DNA from: Octopus sinensis
Lineage: Eukaryota
Direction of reading: 5' to 3'
Assembly (NCBI RefSeq): GCF_006345805.1
Contig: NW_021833061.1
Span: forward strand, 62,001-126,000
DNA length: 64,000 nucleotides
The notes beneath the pieces are model-generated. The model did no database searches. It saw only the letters and a list, made by a program, of their open reading frames with translations, and was not told the origin of the DNA. A program made the position numbers and the translations under genes. Of this stretch, positions 36,376 through 49,009 are shown piece by piece (position 1 is the first letter of the stretch; each line of letters begins with the position of its first letter).

Positions 36376-37400
36376 TTGCACAATAATGGAAAATGTGTTA
36401 TTTGTGAAGATTATGTAAGGGGTCAATTTTACGGTGTGCCCTGCTGCACCGGATGCAAACTATTTTTCAGGCAATGTAACAAAATTTTAAGAAGATCGAT
36501 TCTCAAAAAATCTGAATTTGTTTGCAAATTCAGCCAAAACTGTAATAAACTTTGCAACTAAAAGCAAATGCAATTCTGCAGATTTAAGAAATGCAGTCTC
36601 GCTGGAATGGATGCTAATGGTGACCAAAAATATTTTTAAAGTTTTCAGCTATTCAAAATTCTCGTGACGAAATATTTCCGGAAATTTCAATTCCAGAAGA
36701 AATTGTCAGATTCGAACAAGATTTTTTTCAATTATTTATTATATATTAACAATTTTAAGTTTTTTTCAATTTTGAATGCTTTTCTTGTTTTCTGAAAGAT
36801 ATTTGCCAAAATCCGCCGAATCAAACTTTTTTATTGGATTTGACTAAAAACTGGATTGTGATTTTTCTTAGAAACGAAAATGTTCATTTTGTGAAATGTA
36901 TTTGGTTAGTATATCTAATCAAATAGATTATTGCAAAATAGCTGAGAATTATTTTTATTTATTCATTAGTATTTGCTGTTTTCCACAAATGATATCAAGT
37001 TTAAACGAGATCCACAACATTGACCACGTCTCAAACAATATTTTTTTAAGAACTGTCGAGAACTTTTCTAAGCTTTCTAAAGACTTTGGAATTTAAAAAT
37101 GAAATCAACAGATTTTTTTTACATCAAGATAATTTCATTTCTTAAATTTTGTAGCTGTATTGATTTATCTGCTTAAGGTTATGTCGATCAAAAAGATTGT
37201 CCTCAATTGTTGAATAAATATTTGTATCTATTTGAAACAAACTGTCATTCACAGAACTTGATGTATCGCAGTTTATAATCTTTTTACCGGATTACCAAAA
37301 AACTGCTATTTGCTTTCAAGACCTCTTAGAATCGCAAATTGAATTACTTTTAACGATTATTTTGATAAATAATGACGTTTATTTATTATATATTCTAGGG
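36376..37400 (+). CDS. Divergent nuclear hormone receptor (C4 zinc-finger DBD plus a probable AT-rich LBD region); lesion in finger 2, possibly a pseudogene or sequencing error
   Basis: CVIC...GQFYGVPCCTGCKLFFRR ... CRFKKC...GMDANAIQNSRD; introns at 36471-36491 and 36620-36648; start and 3' end unresolved. Confidence 0.75.
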
Positions 37401-37643
37401 ATTTATTTTTTTAAATCAAATTTCATTTCAATATTAGTCGAATGCGTATTCTCAACATATTTCATACTCTTAAAACCAAACTTTTCAAATTTTTAATATA
37501 AATCTAGAATTTTGGATAACGTCCGAATCGTCATTTTCCAATGTTATGAACTCCCAGATTTTTAAAGACATTTTTTAAACTTTTCCCCCCAATTTGCTTT
37601 TCACTGCGTTGACTTTGCGAAAAACAAAGGAACAAAATGTCTA

Positions 37644-38213
37644 CACCTTTTTGGTATCGAATATCCGAACTATGATGTCAAATATCCGAACCGAGATGTC
37701 AAACGTGTAGTTTCGTCCATATAAATTATATTTTTGTCATTAATAAATTAAATTTCAGTTTCATTACGTAGTCTCGCACAAATTTCGCTTAAAGTGATGA
37801 CAGGATTTTCCTCAGCATAGTTTATCATTCTCGATATTTCAATGTCTGGGATTTTTGACCATTTAAATCCTCCACGTTTTTTATTAGGTTGTGAAGCATT
37901 TCGTATCCATTTATAAGCTGTATTTCGCTTAACTCCATTCAATTCCGCCACAATATGCCAATCTGCATCTTCATTTTCATAAGCAGATACAATTCTCATT
38001 TTGGATTCCAAATTTGTTTTATTATATGTTTTACTAACACGAGAAGAAGTATTCATAGTTTTAACAAAAGTATTCATTTCGAACGAACAAAAATCCATTT
38101 ATATTTTTTAGATACGTAATTTGACATTAACATATTTGACATCTCAGTTCGGATATTAGAAACCACAGTAATGACGTTTTGACATCTCGTTCGGATATTT
38201 GATACCAAAGGTT
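37644..38213 (-). mobile_element. Non-autonomous IS630/Tc1-like element retaining only the HTH coding region
   Basis: TIRs containing TTTGGTATC.AATATCCGAAC with internal repeats; TA flanks; ORF 37748-38098; related to 49010-49960. Confidence 0.75.
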
Positions 38214-38359
38214 TAAGATTTTATTTTCCGATTTTATTTTCCATAAATCAGCTTCAAATTGTGTTTGCGAGAAATAAACCGCAAAAACATCTAGCGTTTT
38301 ATAAAAAAACCCATCTGGAATAAAACTGCAATTAGTAAAAGTAGTAAAAATAATATATA

Positions 38360-41300
38360 AAATCAAATAAAGATCTTTCATTCCAGTAGAACAAAAAACA
38401 GCCCATGCATCGCCAGTTCAATAAAAATGAGGGCAGCCAGTTTCTTCAAACTGGGTACCATTAACTTTGTCTGGGTGCACAATCAATGCAGCTCGTGTAA
38501 TACCTTTTTACATCGTCTCCCAATAGAAGCTGTCCCATCGAAACTAGATTCCAAGGAGCACCTTCCCATAGAACTGTATGCAACGAACTTAATAAAAACG
38601 AATGTTCTTTCCCTTTCCTTGGACCATTGAGAGACCTAGCGAATATATATAATCTCATACAGTTTTTTCAGCACAACTAAGCAGCCTCGTCACTACGTTC
38701 TTTGAGTTCACGCATCGTTTTTTGGGGCGCCAGTAGACCCGTCAGTACTATAAATATTCCCAAGATCTAAAATCCACAAAAAAGTCACCACTTGAAGGGA
38801 TATCCCGTTCATTACCCTTCGGTATGGTTTCAGTAGGTATATCCTCCCTTTTATTACGAATATCAGGACGTTGGGGAGGCTTAGGATTAACGTTAGGAAG
38901 TTGTTCAGTTTTGGAATGGAAATATGGCATGTTCAAGTCAACAAAATGTGAATTTTTATCGTCACTTTCATCAAAATCTATTAGGAAGCTGGCATTGTTA
39001 TTTTTGGACAGCTTAGGAGTTTGATGAGTCGAATCGGCTGAGAAAAAGTCGCTTAATAGGTCATTATCGGCCACTTTTTCTAGAAAATGATAGGACACAG
39101 AATAAACCTGATTGATGAGCAAAAGAAAGATCAAAAAGTACATCAGATGTGGGTTGGTTTTCGGATTGAATTGGTGTCTTCGTTGATGGTCTTTCAGGTG
39201 GAATGCCACTGATGAGATTCGATGCAAATTCGGATGGAATTGGTGTCTTCGTTGATGGTCTCTCAGGTGGAATGCCACTGATGAGATTCGATGCAAATTC
39301 GGATATTTCTATAGTAATTTGACAGGAAATACTAAATCGTTGGGAAATGGTGACAATTTCATTCATGGAAGTGGTAAGGGCAGCAGGGAAAAGAGAAGCT
39401 ACTGACAAGTCCCCCCATCGTTCGTCGATAAAAGCAAGTCCTACATCGACAGGAGTCATATTGAAAATAATCTCACAGTCGTAATCACCTTTGTTAACAT
39501 CGAACTTAGTCCTAAAAATAAGAAACCAAGACTGCCTGTTAAAATGATGGAATGTTTTGTCCCCATTGAGTTGGCAAGTGCTGAATGAAAGAGACAAAAC
39601 AAGATTCATCTACGACAATAAAATACTTCCAAGCACATTTCGCTGAGATATTTCGAACAACTGAAGTGTTATATTTCCTCGGATTGATATACGAGGACAA
39701 AAATCCTGAAGAGGAACATATGAATCATTCCCAGGGACGGCTTGTCTGTCATTAACAAACAGTCGGCCATAGAACCCTTCTCTACAAATAGGCGATAGTA
39801 GCACCTTGCATTCTTAACTATAACCTGGGAAAGATGCCAGTCAGAGTAGACACTTAGAACTGGAGCATCCCGAATTATCATTTGAGTGTAATTTAATAGT
39901 CTGACGTAATTAAACAATGATACGCAGTTTCCAATGCATTCATAGAAACCAATCCCTTCTTGTGGGATACATATTTGTCCGACACTTCCAAACTGTCAAA
40001 TAGACGACCAAACAGCAATAGACCACACAAGAAAAAATGAGCAGAAGAGTCGTCAATCTACAATTAACAAAAAATATGACTTTTGCACACACAACACATA
40101 TGGCAGTTGGGGAAGATGCCATACGTTTGTAGACATACGAAAGAACGTTGAGAGTGCTGTGAAGTGACTCCCCAGTACGTTGATACCAGACGACCTCGGC
40201 CAACTACAAATAATTGAACCCTCCGACATTTGTCAATTTATGTGCTGTTTTGGGAAAAACCACAAATATGACATCCCCGTTTTTCTTAAGCTGTCTTACA
40301 ATCTCTTCACTCTGATGCAACGCCTGCTTATTCATTTCACGGGGCGATAGTGCTATCTTGGGTTAAAAACGGAATACAAATCAGTCTCGAGGTAATAAAT
40401 TTCTTTTCTAATGAGTGTTGATCTGCAAAATAATTCTCAACAACGGGTCTCTCTAATGGAGGAGAGGCACAAGTGAGAAAAGAGGGGGGTCTTGTGAGGT
40501 CGATCTTTAATTGGTTAAAGTGGGACCAGATCTGTTGAATAGAAAACCGACGTTGTGGGTCAGGCACAAGAATGCATTCTAAGTTGAGAAAAACAAGTAC
40601 CAATAAGTCTTGAAAACGGAGATGCATGAGGAAAATTATACGAGGCCTGAACAATGGCAAGTATAGACTGGTCTGCAAAGGGATGTTGACCAAAGCAGAG
40701 GCAGTAGAGAATACAACCGACCGCCTGGATACAAAGATATGAATACAAACCCAAATGTCCTGTTCGACTCCAAGAGTGTGCCTCATGTAAAGATCTACCA
40801 TTTCAGGTGCCCGATATGCCTGAGTGGTACAATTTTTGATCTGCGGGTAATGATTGGCATGTACCTCTTCCTCAAGACGCGTGATCTGGTCGACTGACCA
40901 ATCACTGACAACATATATTTCGTTCGTCGCACTCCCAAAATCACACAATTTAATTTCCCCATCAGCAGAGATTAGAAAGTTCTCCATCTGCACATGTCAT
41001 AAAACGATACCTTCAAATCTCTGTGAATGACGGGGGGAGATGCTGAATGGAGTGCGTCTACTGCACGGAGAACACGAACAAAAATATATCCAATCTCTTC
41101 GAGAGTGAGATTTGCATGGGCATTGAGAGCAGCCAAGAGCGTGCCCCCTAAAATAAGCGAGCGACGAATTGATACCCGTGCATAATTCAGTGACGATAAA
41201 TGCATGTGTCAAACCACTATTAACCTTCATCTGAGTAGAACCAATAAAGCGCACAATATTACGGGACGATTGGAATTTGCTCTAAAAATATCAAGTAAGT

Positions 41301-41556
41301 GAAAGATACAGAAAAGTATATTTCCTTCTCTACGGATAATCTGTTAGAGTCGGTCGTTATAATTCTCTGGAAATAGGTTGTATTAGAAATACCTTTACTG
41401 CATATTTTATATTCGAGCTGCCCTCAACGCCAAGGAAGATGACCCCAAACCCACCTGGTTATAACAAATGAGAGTACCCTGAGCAAGTATTTTAGTTAAT
41501 TTTATATTAAGTCCATCAAAACACAAAACTGATCCAACAGCTCGATCACTTGACAT
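38360..41556 (-). CDS. GAK: Cyclin G-associated kinase / auxilin (NAK kinase, PTEN-like/C2 region, low-complexity region, J domain)
   Basis: LAQGGFG, PPVIHRDLK.ENFL, KLCDFGSAT, TTQAYRAPEM; J domain LLSSLHTVLWEG..W..VSM...DVK.YY.AALIVHPDK, with small frameshifts. Confidence 0.88.
39171..39304. repeat. 69-bp (23-aa) coding tandem duplication in GAK
   Basis: SEFASNLISGIPPERPSTKTPI occurs twice. Confidence 0.9.
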
Positions 41557-41644
41557 AATTAATTGAAACCAATTAAGACTACTTAATCTATTAATAAACA
41601 ATAATTTACATCATTTTTTTAAACTTAAAAATAATCTAAAAAAT

Positions 41645-41920
41645 TCCCTTGTCGGTGACTGCAGTCGGATATGCCTGTCCTCTGCCCAAAACTCGGAAAG
41701 AATTGAAGTAAACCTCTCTCCCGAAAATATTGAAAATAATTCTTTATTCGTTTGAGACGAGTGGTGTCGTTGGTAAGAAAGAAATATGACTTTTGAAGAA
41801 AATGTGTCGAGTGATTAAAAGCTCTGGAGAGTAGGAAAATATTTTGGCTTTTCCCTAAGATCTCAGTTGCGATTCTGAGAGCAAACCGCTGCACAACCGC
41901 AGTAAAATTCTGAATAAACA
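41645..41920 (+). mobile_element. CRE retrotransposon 3' fragment
   Basis: FETSGVVGK and KISVAILRAN match the CRE C-terminus. Confidence 0.65.
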
Positions 41921-42289
41921 CAAGAAATCCGAAAAATGCAGTACAACAAAATCTACATTCCGTTCACTTTTAGGTATGCGGTTGGTCACAATAAGACGGT
42001 CTCTGATATCGGCTGTTACCTACTGAAACTCAAGGATAAAACACACGGCACATTCTTATGTACTTTGCTAAAGCTTGCGGATCTTTACTTTGCTTGAACT
42101 AGACAGATTTCAATAAAATAAAGAATGATAATCTGTAAGCACGGGATTGTTTGTGGTCTAACTCCTTTAAACAGTTTTTTGTACACCTTATTTAGCAGAA
42201 TCCTCATTGTACGGGTGCGTCGCTGAGCTGTTGTAAAATAAGTAATTCAAAATGATTAGATTAAGGTAGTTTAGGTCTAAAACTGCTAA

Positions 42290-43620
42290 TGATCGAGAAG
42301 ACTATGCTCCTCAGGATCGCAATAAAGATTTTTTGGAACAAGCATTACTTCTCCCGTCGTCCTCTGGAGATCAGATCTCCGATTCTCCCGACGAGATCCA
42401 GAGATTTGTGCGGTCATTGCTCCGGACGATTCAGAGGAGATCGGGGAAAAGGATCAAGTTTTCCGTCAAGTTAGAGTATTTCGAAATTTTAAGTTCTCCA
42501 GCCTTTATAGCGGCTGACTTGTTATAATATGTTTGCAAGATCTCTCAACAAACTCTGAATGAATAAATGATATATTTAATTTGCTGGTCAGAGAAATGCC
42601 ATTAATCTTCTTAAAGAAACTGTTATTTTTAGACTACTAACGTGCAACTGCGTTAATAGGATATAACAGAGTAAAACGACACTGATACCAAAACAGGGTA
42701 AAACGACACTGGTAGGAGCGAACTATTGGCCAATTAGCCTCATCTGTGCTTTCTCTAAAACAGGGGTTGGCAGAATTTGCCTTCGTGGGCCAAAATTTTA
42801 TTTTGTATGCGATCCCGGCCAAACAAGAAAAAATCCTTATCGGACGCAGAAATAAGGATATACAAAAATCCTCTTGACTGAAACAGAGGATCTCGTTTCG
42901 TTTGCAATCATGAGCAGTAACGCACAAACTATCTGTTTTGCCGAAAACTGACCGTTCCAGGGAAACGCTTGCAGATTTATTAGTTAAAAATGATTACAAG
43001 GAATTGTACGTGTGATATCATCTTTTTTACAACTCAAATTATAAAAAAATGTTGATTACTTTTAGTAATTTTGTTCGAGAACAATGGAAAAGATTGTCTT
43101 TAACAGACTTTCTGATTATGTGGAATCACAAATTTGCTTTCACCCGTACAATGAGGATTCTGCTAAGAAGGTGTACAGGAAACTGTTTAAAGGAGTTAGA
43201 GCATCAACAATCCCGTGCTTACAGAAACAATGACTGGGTAACTGTGGTGTGCCCGGACCTCGCAAAAGCTTTCGATACCTGGACCTACTTGGAAGAGTTA
43301 TCAGAGTTTGTAGAATTTAGAAGGGTCAATTTTTTCAATCTCCTTCTGGCGGACATTCCTCTACAGCTTGTATGTACTGGAAAACTCATCATATATGCTG
43401 ATGACATCTTTATCATGGATACCTCCAAAAAATTTTACAGTTTTGAAGACGACATACATTGCCATGTTAAAGAAGTTGACAGTAAAGAAGGGCTTGATCC
43501 TAGCACCTGAGAAGACACCATGTCCTGGTTCGGGACGGAGAAGAGTGACTATTTTATCGAACAGTTGGAAAGCACAAGACATTTTGCATTGAAACTGGCT
43601 TACAGAGTACAACTTGACTA
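42290..43620 (+). mobile_element. Degenerate LINE RT fragment
   Basis: IPKQGK..NYWPISLIC, PDLAKAFD and LIIYADDIFI. Confidence 0.65.
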
Positions 43621-43870
43621 AAGGCTAAAGACTTGCAAGAATCCTCTGTGCCCACGATCTTAATAGTTCTGGAAAAAAGTTGTGCTGAGTAATTATAATT
43701 AGGGTTAGCATAGAAAGACACATTGGTGGCTTGTTTTTTTATTTCTCCGTTAATAGTTTTGACTTGTTCTTTGGGTTTTTGGTTTTTCTTGAACAATAAA
43801 AACAATTCAATTCAACAGTAAAATTATTTAAATTTATTGTTAAATTAAAATTGGACATTCATCTCAAGTG

Positions 43871-45067
43871 ATGGCTCTTTTAGAACATTATATATCTGAA
43901 AACAAATTTGAATTCACAGAATTGCTTGACGAGAGTTTGTTCAACTTTTGCAGTCTCCCCAAAATTATAATAATTGGAGACGAAGGGTATTTAAACAACA
44001 TTATTTAGATGTGGGAAAACATCATTCCTGAACTACTTATTAGGCTTTAAAGAATCAATTCCCAAAGCAACTCGAACCATAGAAGTTTTTGGTAGGACTT
44101 GTTTATAAAATGTGGACTTATCTATGGGTTCGTTCTTCAACGTACAAATATTGGATACTCCGGGACTGAACACCAAATGGATTGGGATGGACAAAAATAA
44201 TAAAAATTGGTGCAAACTTTTGGACAATTGTTTAAACGTGCTGTGCGTCGCAGACCTGAGCGTATTTTTACCTCTGACCGAAATAGTCACGGATGCCCGG
44301 TGGCTTGTCTTCAATAGCACATTTTATAACTTGTGCTTCAATCATTAATCAGAATTTGAATTTCACCATCGTCGTTCACAAACATGACCTAAGTATCAAC
44401 AATCCGTTTGCGGTTCATATAAACCAAGTCAAAACACATCTTGAGATTCTCATTCCTACCAATAAATTGCCAAAAGAAATCAAGTTTTGTTGATTTTTTT
44501 AGATTTGCAGATATGTCAGTACAAGTATATTCGACATGTCCATTCTAATTGCTTTTTCGAAAATTATACTTCCTTACGTACCACTTCAAAATACTTTAGA
44601 AAAGATCCTCGGGGACTTTATTTCCGTAGTTTATTTTGATGACCCCTATAGCACTCTAAACTTGAGAATGGAGTCATTGTCGACACTCTCACGCGAGTTT
44701 TAATCGCTGCTCAACCAAAAACTCTTAATTTGAATGAATATGATTTCTTTGCCAAAGTGTTGGAACGTTTTAAAAATATCCATTCTGCCATCAATTGGTT
44801 ATTTGTTTTGTTTCGAGAATTTAGGGACCCATTAAATAATTCTGGAAATAAAGAGTTTTCTCCTATACATTCCACTATAAATTTTCACGATTACACAGTC
44901 TGTTACAGTAAACTGACACCGAAATTGTCGTTGGTATTTCGCGGCGATCGACTTTTTGAAGGTAATTAAACCCTAATAGCTGTGTAGGAGTTTATGAGTA
45001 TAACCTTCATTTATTCCAGAAACTGGTAGTTGAAATAATCTCTGAATATGAGAAAACTCAATTATAA
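43871..45067 (+). CDS. RRAGC: Divergent Rag GTPase of the RagC/D (Gtr2) type; in-frame TAA at 44106-44108 is unexplained
   Basis: Spliced path: PKIIIIGDEGCGKTS; DLSMGSFFNVQILDTPGL (RagC: DISNSSFVNFQIWDFPGQ); NLNFTIVVHKHD (RagC: DMNFEVFIHKVD); TSIFDMSILIAFSK (RagC: TSIYDHSIFEAFSK); YEYNLHLFQK (RagC: IDYNFHCFRK). Confidence 0.75.
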
Positions 45068-45455
45068 TTATTTTTTTGATATTTAATGTGATATAATCAG
45101 TTATGAATTAGTAATTCTAAGACTCGACCTAACTCAAAGATGGTTTCTTTCAACGAATAATTATAAAACTTGGGATTGTGGAGAATAAACGCAGGGGATC
45201 GAAGAGGGACAAGAAGTATGTATATCTTTAGAGATACAAATTTACTCTGAGGACTTTTCCAACTTATCTCACTACCTTGAAATCGTTGATTTTAAACCTG
45301 CAGCGTGTACTGGGCCGGAAATGACATCATTCCGACATGCGTGTCAGCGTAAACGATCGTCATGAGAGAGGGTGCAGTCCCTTCACGTCTTACTAACAAG
45401 GCTAGACATTCATTTGTGCTTGGAATAAAAGACGCAAAATTGGGTAATAAAATAG

Positions 45456-47128
45456 TCAGACCTCAACTGTACACTTGACAAGAAATGAGGCAAATTCGAG
45501 ATTGTCCCAATAGCACAAATGAGAAGTGAAAAACCGAGAAAACCCAAAGCTACCTTCATAGAGTGCAAAATCGAGTCTATGCTCCAGTCCTCTCAATAAG
45601 GCACTGAAAGTACCTTCCGGTAGAGGATTGAACTCCTCTCCATCGACCGAGTCAGAAAACACTTGGGTGAACCCAGCAATGGCCGAGAGCAAAGACCACC
45701 GTCGATACCATGGAGTTGAGTCGTCCTGAATCACCGATTCAAACGAATATCGGGGAAAGCGACGGAATTCCGGTCTACTGGACATAGTCGACAAATTGAC
45801 GGGTTCCACATTGCGGAACTCCCGGCAGAACATTGGCTCGAGTCGATAGGCCTGGACTGAAAGGGGAAGAGAACCATAAAGTCGCTGGGGAAAAATATGT
45901 TAAAGAGACGGAAAGAACGGTTGCCACAGTGAGGAAATATGTCCTCCACTGTGGATTTGTCACGAATCGAAAAGCCTCTGAGCATAAGGAACACAGCAAG
46001 AGGGGATCCAATCATGAAGAGGTTACTGAAGTGGATGTCGAGGGAATGAGACAAAACCAGGCTACGATCTCCACACGTGCTCTGATTAGTAATAAGATCA
46101 TAGACAATGACAGATCCTGGAATGAGAAGAGTGGACAAACCAAGTGAGTGTGCCACAATGGAGACTTGAGAGACTTCCCTGTGGTAGTCCAAAAAAAGAG
46201 AGTGCAGTCTTTTGAGTTCGTCGGCCAGTTTGGAAATAATCTAGGATAGGAAAGAGAGATAACCTTATGTCTGAAATGTGCACTACTGTAGTACAGCACA
46301 TCAAGAAGGGAGTTGTTGATGAAGTTCCTAATTCGAATGTTAGCATTAGGCATGATCGCATCAAGTGTCTCTGCAAATGACAGCCCAAACACAACTTTCT
46401 CCCAACTCAACCGACCGCCAGTTGATAGGAATAAACTCAATGTTGCCCTCCTTGTGTTCGGAGTGCAAATACTCCTTTATGTTCTTCCGCAGTCTCCAAT
46501 ACTACAACCACACAACCTGAGACAACACTGTGTCGAATTGGCATGATCCAATGACTGAGCAATCCCCGGGACGATGAAAACAAGGTGAGATACGTTCTTC
46601 TGTGTGGCGTCCGTACGTGCCAATTTGTAGTAACCTCTCACCACTCGGGAGGAGGAGTCTGGAAATAGAGGGGTCCTCCACCTGTGAGGCCGATTTTCTG
46701 CATTATGGATGTAACTAATGGGGGAGACTTGGCTGACACGACTACACCCCCCATACTGTCCCACACCACCATGTAGTCCTCCAATTCCAGCACTGTGTCT
46801 GAGGACAAAACAAGATTGTGATGAGCCTCGATTCGATCGGCCAACCACTCGGGGACGGGCTGGTTACTGGGGGAGTAGAACCAAACTCCACGGATAACCG
46901 CCACAGTCAACTCTGAGAAATTTAGCACTTAAATCTGCCTTTATCGTAAATCGGCCTGCACTTTCGATCGCTCACGTCGACAATGAACATTCCATTCCGA
47001 ACTGAAATCTGGTCAGGGGACGAAGCACGGAATGCTCTTTCCAAATTGACAGTGTCGTAACTTGTAAAGTGGCGATAAGAGCCATTGTCGGCAAAGAACC
47101 AGCGAACACGACATAACTCGAGGTCCAT
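45456..47128 (-). CDS. DDHD-domain phospholipase A1 (DDHD1/2, SEC23IP family)
   Basis: VRWFF..VIRGVWF; HLVFIVPGI; LLDVLYYSS; lipase motif VAHSLG; LFMIGSPLAVFLMLRG; TSHLCYWDN. Confidence 0.9.
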
Positions 47129-47483
47129 TTCAATTAATTTTAGAAATACGAAAAATGTATATTAATCCACTATTACTATATTTAATTAATTCAGTAAATA
47201 ATATCAAAATAAAAATACTGAATAAATTTATATTACTGAACTAAACTTACTCAATTGGACTAATCTACTAATATCCCCCAGAAAGCTGATTTGAAATTGA
47301 TTTGTAACCCAATAATATCTTCTTGATTTCAAAATTGTCATATTTAGTCCAAAAATATGTTCACGTGAGAATTTATCGTGTAACCCAATTCTGGGACATC
47401 CTAAGTAACAAAATTGGATCAGTAATTATTTTAATTGAAATAATGATAATTGAATAGTTGAGTTGGAATAAATAATAACGTTA

Positions 47484-48965
47484 ATGTCGTTGTTCCTCCA
47501 GTTTATTGATACTGAGCGAAGGAAGGTGTTCTACCCTAAAGACGACCAGACTGCACTGGAAGCCAAGCGAAACGCCGTGAAATCTTTTCTGTCAGTGCCA
47601 ATCGAGTTCGAACGAGTGAGATATTTCTGTCACGTGCAGTTCATACTGTTCGGACTTCTCCAATGCCTGGACATATTTCTCTACATTTTCACATTCATGC
47701 CCATCCGCTGTGTCTGCTCCCTCACAGGACTGGTGTTGTATGACCCTCCTCTGACCACAGATACCGACGAGGACTGGATGCGGCCGAGAGAAGCGACCTT
47801 TGTAAGATGTGTGTGCTTTTGCTCACATGTCTGTTTCTGGGGATTATCGACCTGAATGTGCTTTACCACCTCATTCGGTCGCAAAATGTGATAAAACTGT
47901 TCATCTTCTTTAACATGATGGAGGTATGTCTATCTGTCATGAGGTGGGGGACAAACTACTCTGCTCCATTGGGAGTGACATCATCGACAGTGCAATGGCC
48001 TCCTGCGTCGACGGGGTCTGTGGAGTGTTCGACGTGGTCACCCTCCTCATCTACATGTGTACGTCCCCTCTCTATGTCAGTCCTCCACTCCTTCCTTGTC
48101 CTCTTGCAGGCGACTGTCCTTCATGTGGCCTTCAACTCCCACAGTGCAGAACTGCTGACCATCATCATGTCCAACAATGTGGGTGAGGGGGGTCATTCGT
48201 AGTTCATCGAAATCAAGACCAACGTGTTTAGAGTGTTTACTAAGGATACTCACTTTACTCTCGCCTGCTGGGATGTCCGGGAACGATTCCACCTCGCTGT
48301 CCTCCTCACGGTTGTGTCCGTCAGAAACCTGTCCGACGTGGGCTGGAATTTTGGTATTGGTGCTTTTTGGACCTTCCTAGTTCACCTCGCCGACCTCATC
48401 CCTTTCATTTTAGTGGCTTTCGTGGTGGAATGTCTTGTAGACTGGATAAAACACTGTTTTGTGGCTCGTATATCTGGCCTGCACTACACTGTATTTGCTT
48501 CCTATCATTCGTAGAACTACTTTTCTTTTAAGTGCCGTTTGGCCTTCGATCTTATCAACTCTCGCCAACGACGGGTACCTTACGTCTGTCATTTCAGGCC
48601 ACTTCCGACTACAGTGATATTGTCTCCCGGAATATGAACTTTCTCCCTCTCGCCCTTGCCGCACTTCTTCTTCGGACTGTCTTCCCTCTTGTCCATTTCG
48701 ACGCCGGAAATGTCATCATTATTGTCTTGTTGTTCGTCTGGTATTGCACGTGATTTACTGTAGTGTCGTTCTCACCAAGTTGTCGACCAGTATTTACATT
48801 GTTGGGAAGGGTTGTATATACCTTGACCAATTCGCCAGTCCTGCCTACTCTTCCAAATCCGTCCGCAAGTCGGATCCGGAAATAAAAGAGTCTCCCCCTA
48901 TCAAAATTCGTTCCAAGTCTACTGTGGATTGTGACATTAAACCAGAATATATATACCCTGCCTGA
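47484..48965 (+). CDS. TAPT1: Transmembrane anterior-posterior transformation protein 1 (TAPT1/EMP65 family)
   Basis: FGLLQCLDIFLYIFTFMPIR; LYHLIRSQNVIKLFIFFNMME; LLTIIMSNNF.EIK..VF; DVRERFHL; LVDWIKHCF. Confidence 0.9.
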
Positions 48966-49009
48966 TATATCTTTCCTACATTGGTGAAAAATGAGATTTA
49001 TTAATAAAA

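Noticed and set aside
36376-37400. Nematode contamination suggested by the nhr-like receptor
   Set aside because: Its 21- and 29-nt introns match the host micro-intron type and are shorter than typical nematode introns.
42671-42707. M13 primer or vector contamination (gtaaaacgac twice)
   Set aside because: Only 10 nt match, there is no further vector sequence, and it lies in an RT relic.
36559-44108. TAA stop-codon reassignment (in-frame TAA in the nuclear receptor and Rag genes)
   Set aside because: Genes here terminate normally at TAA, TAG and TGA, and read-through would not restore the missing Cys in the receptor.
45100-45400. Small extra gene between Rag and DDHD
   Set aside because: It has GT-AG-like signals and coding-like composition, but I could not build a consistent ORF or recognise a product.
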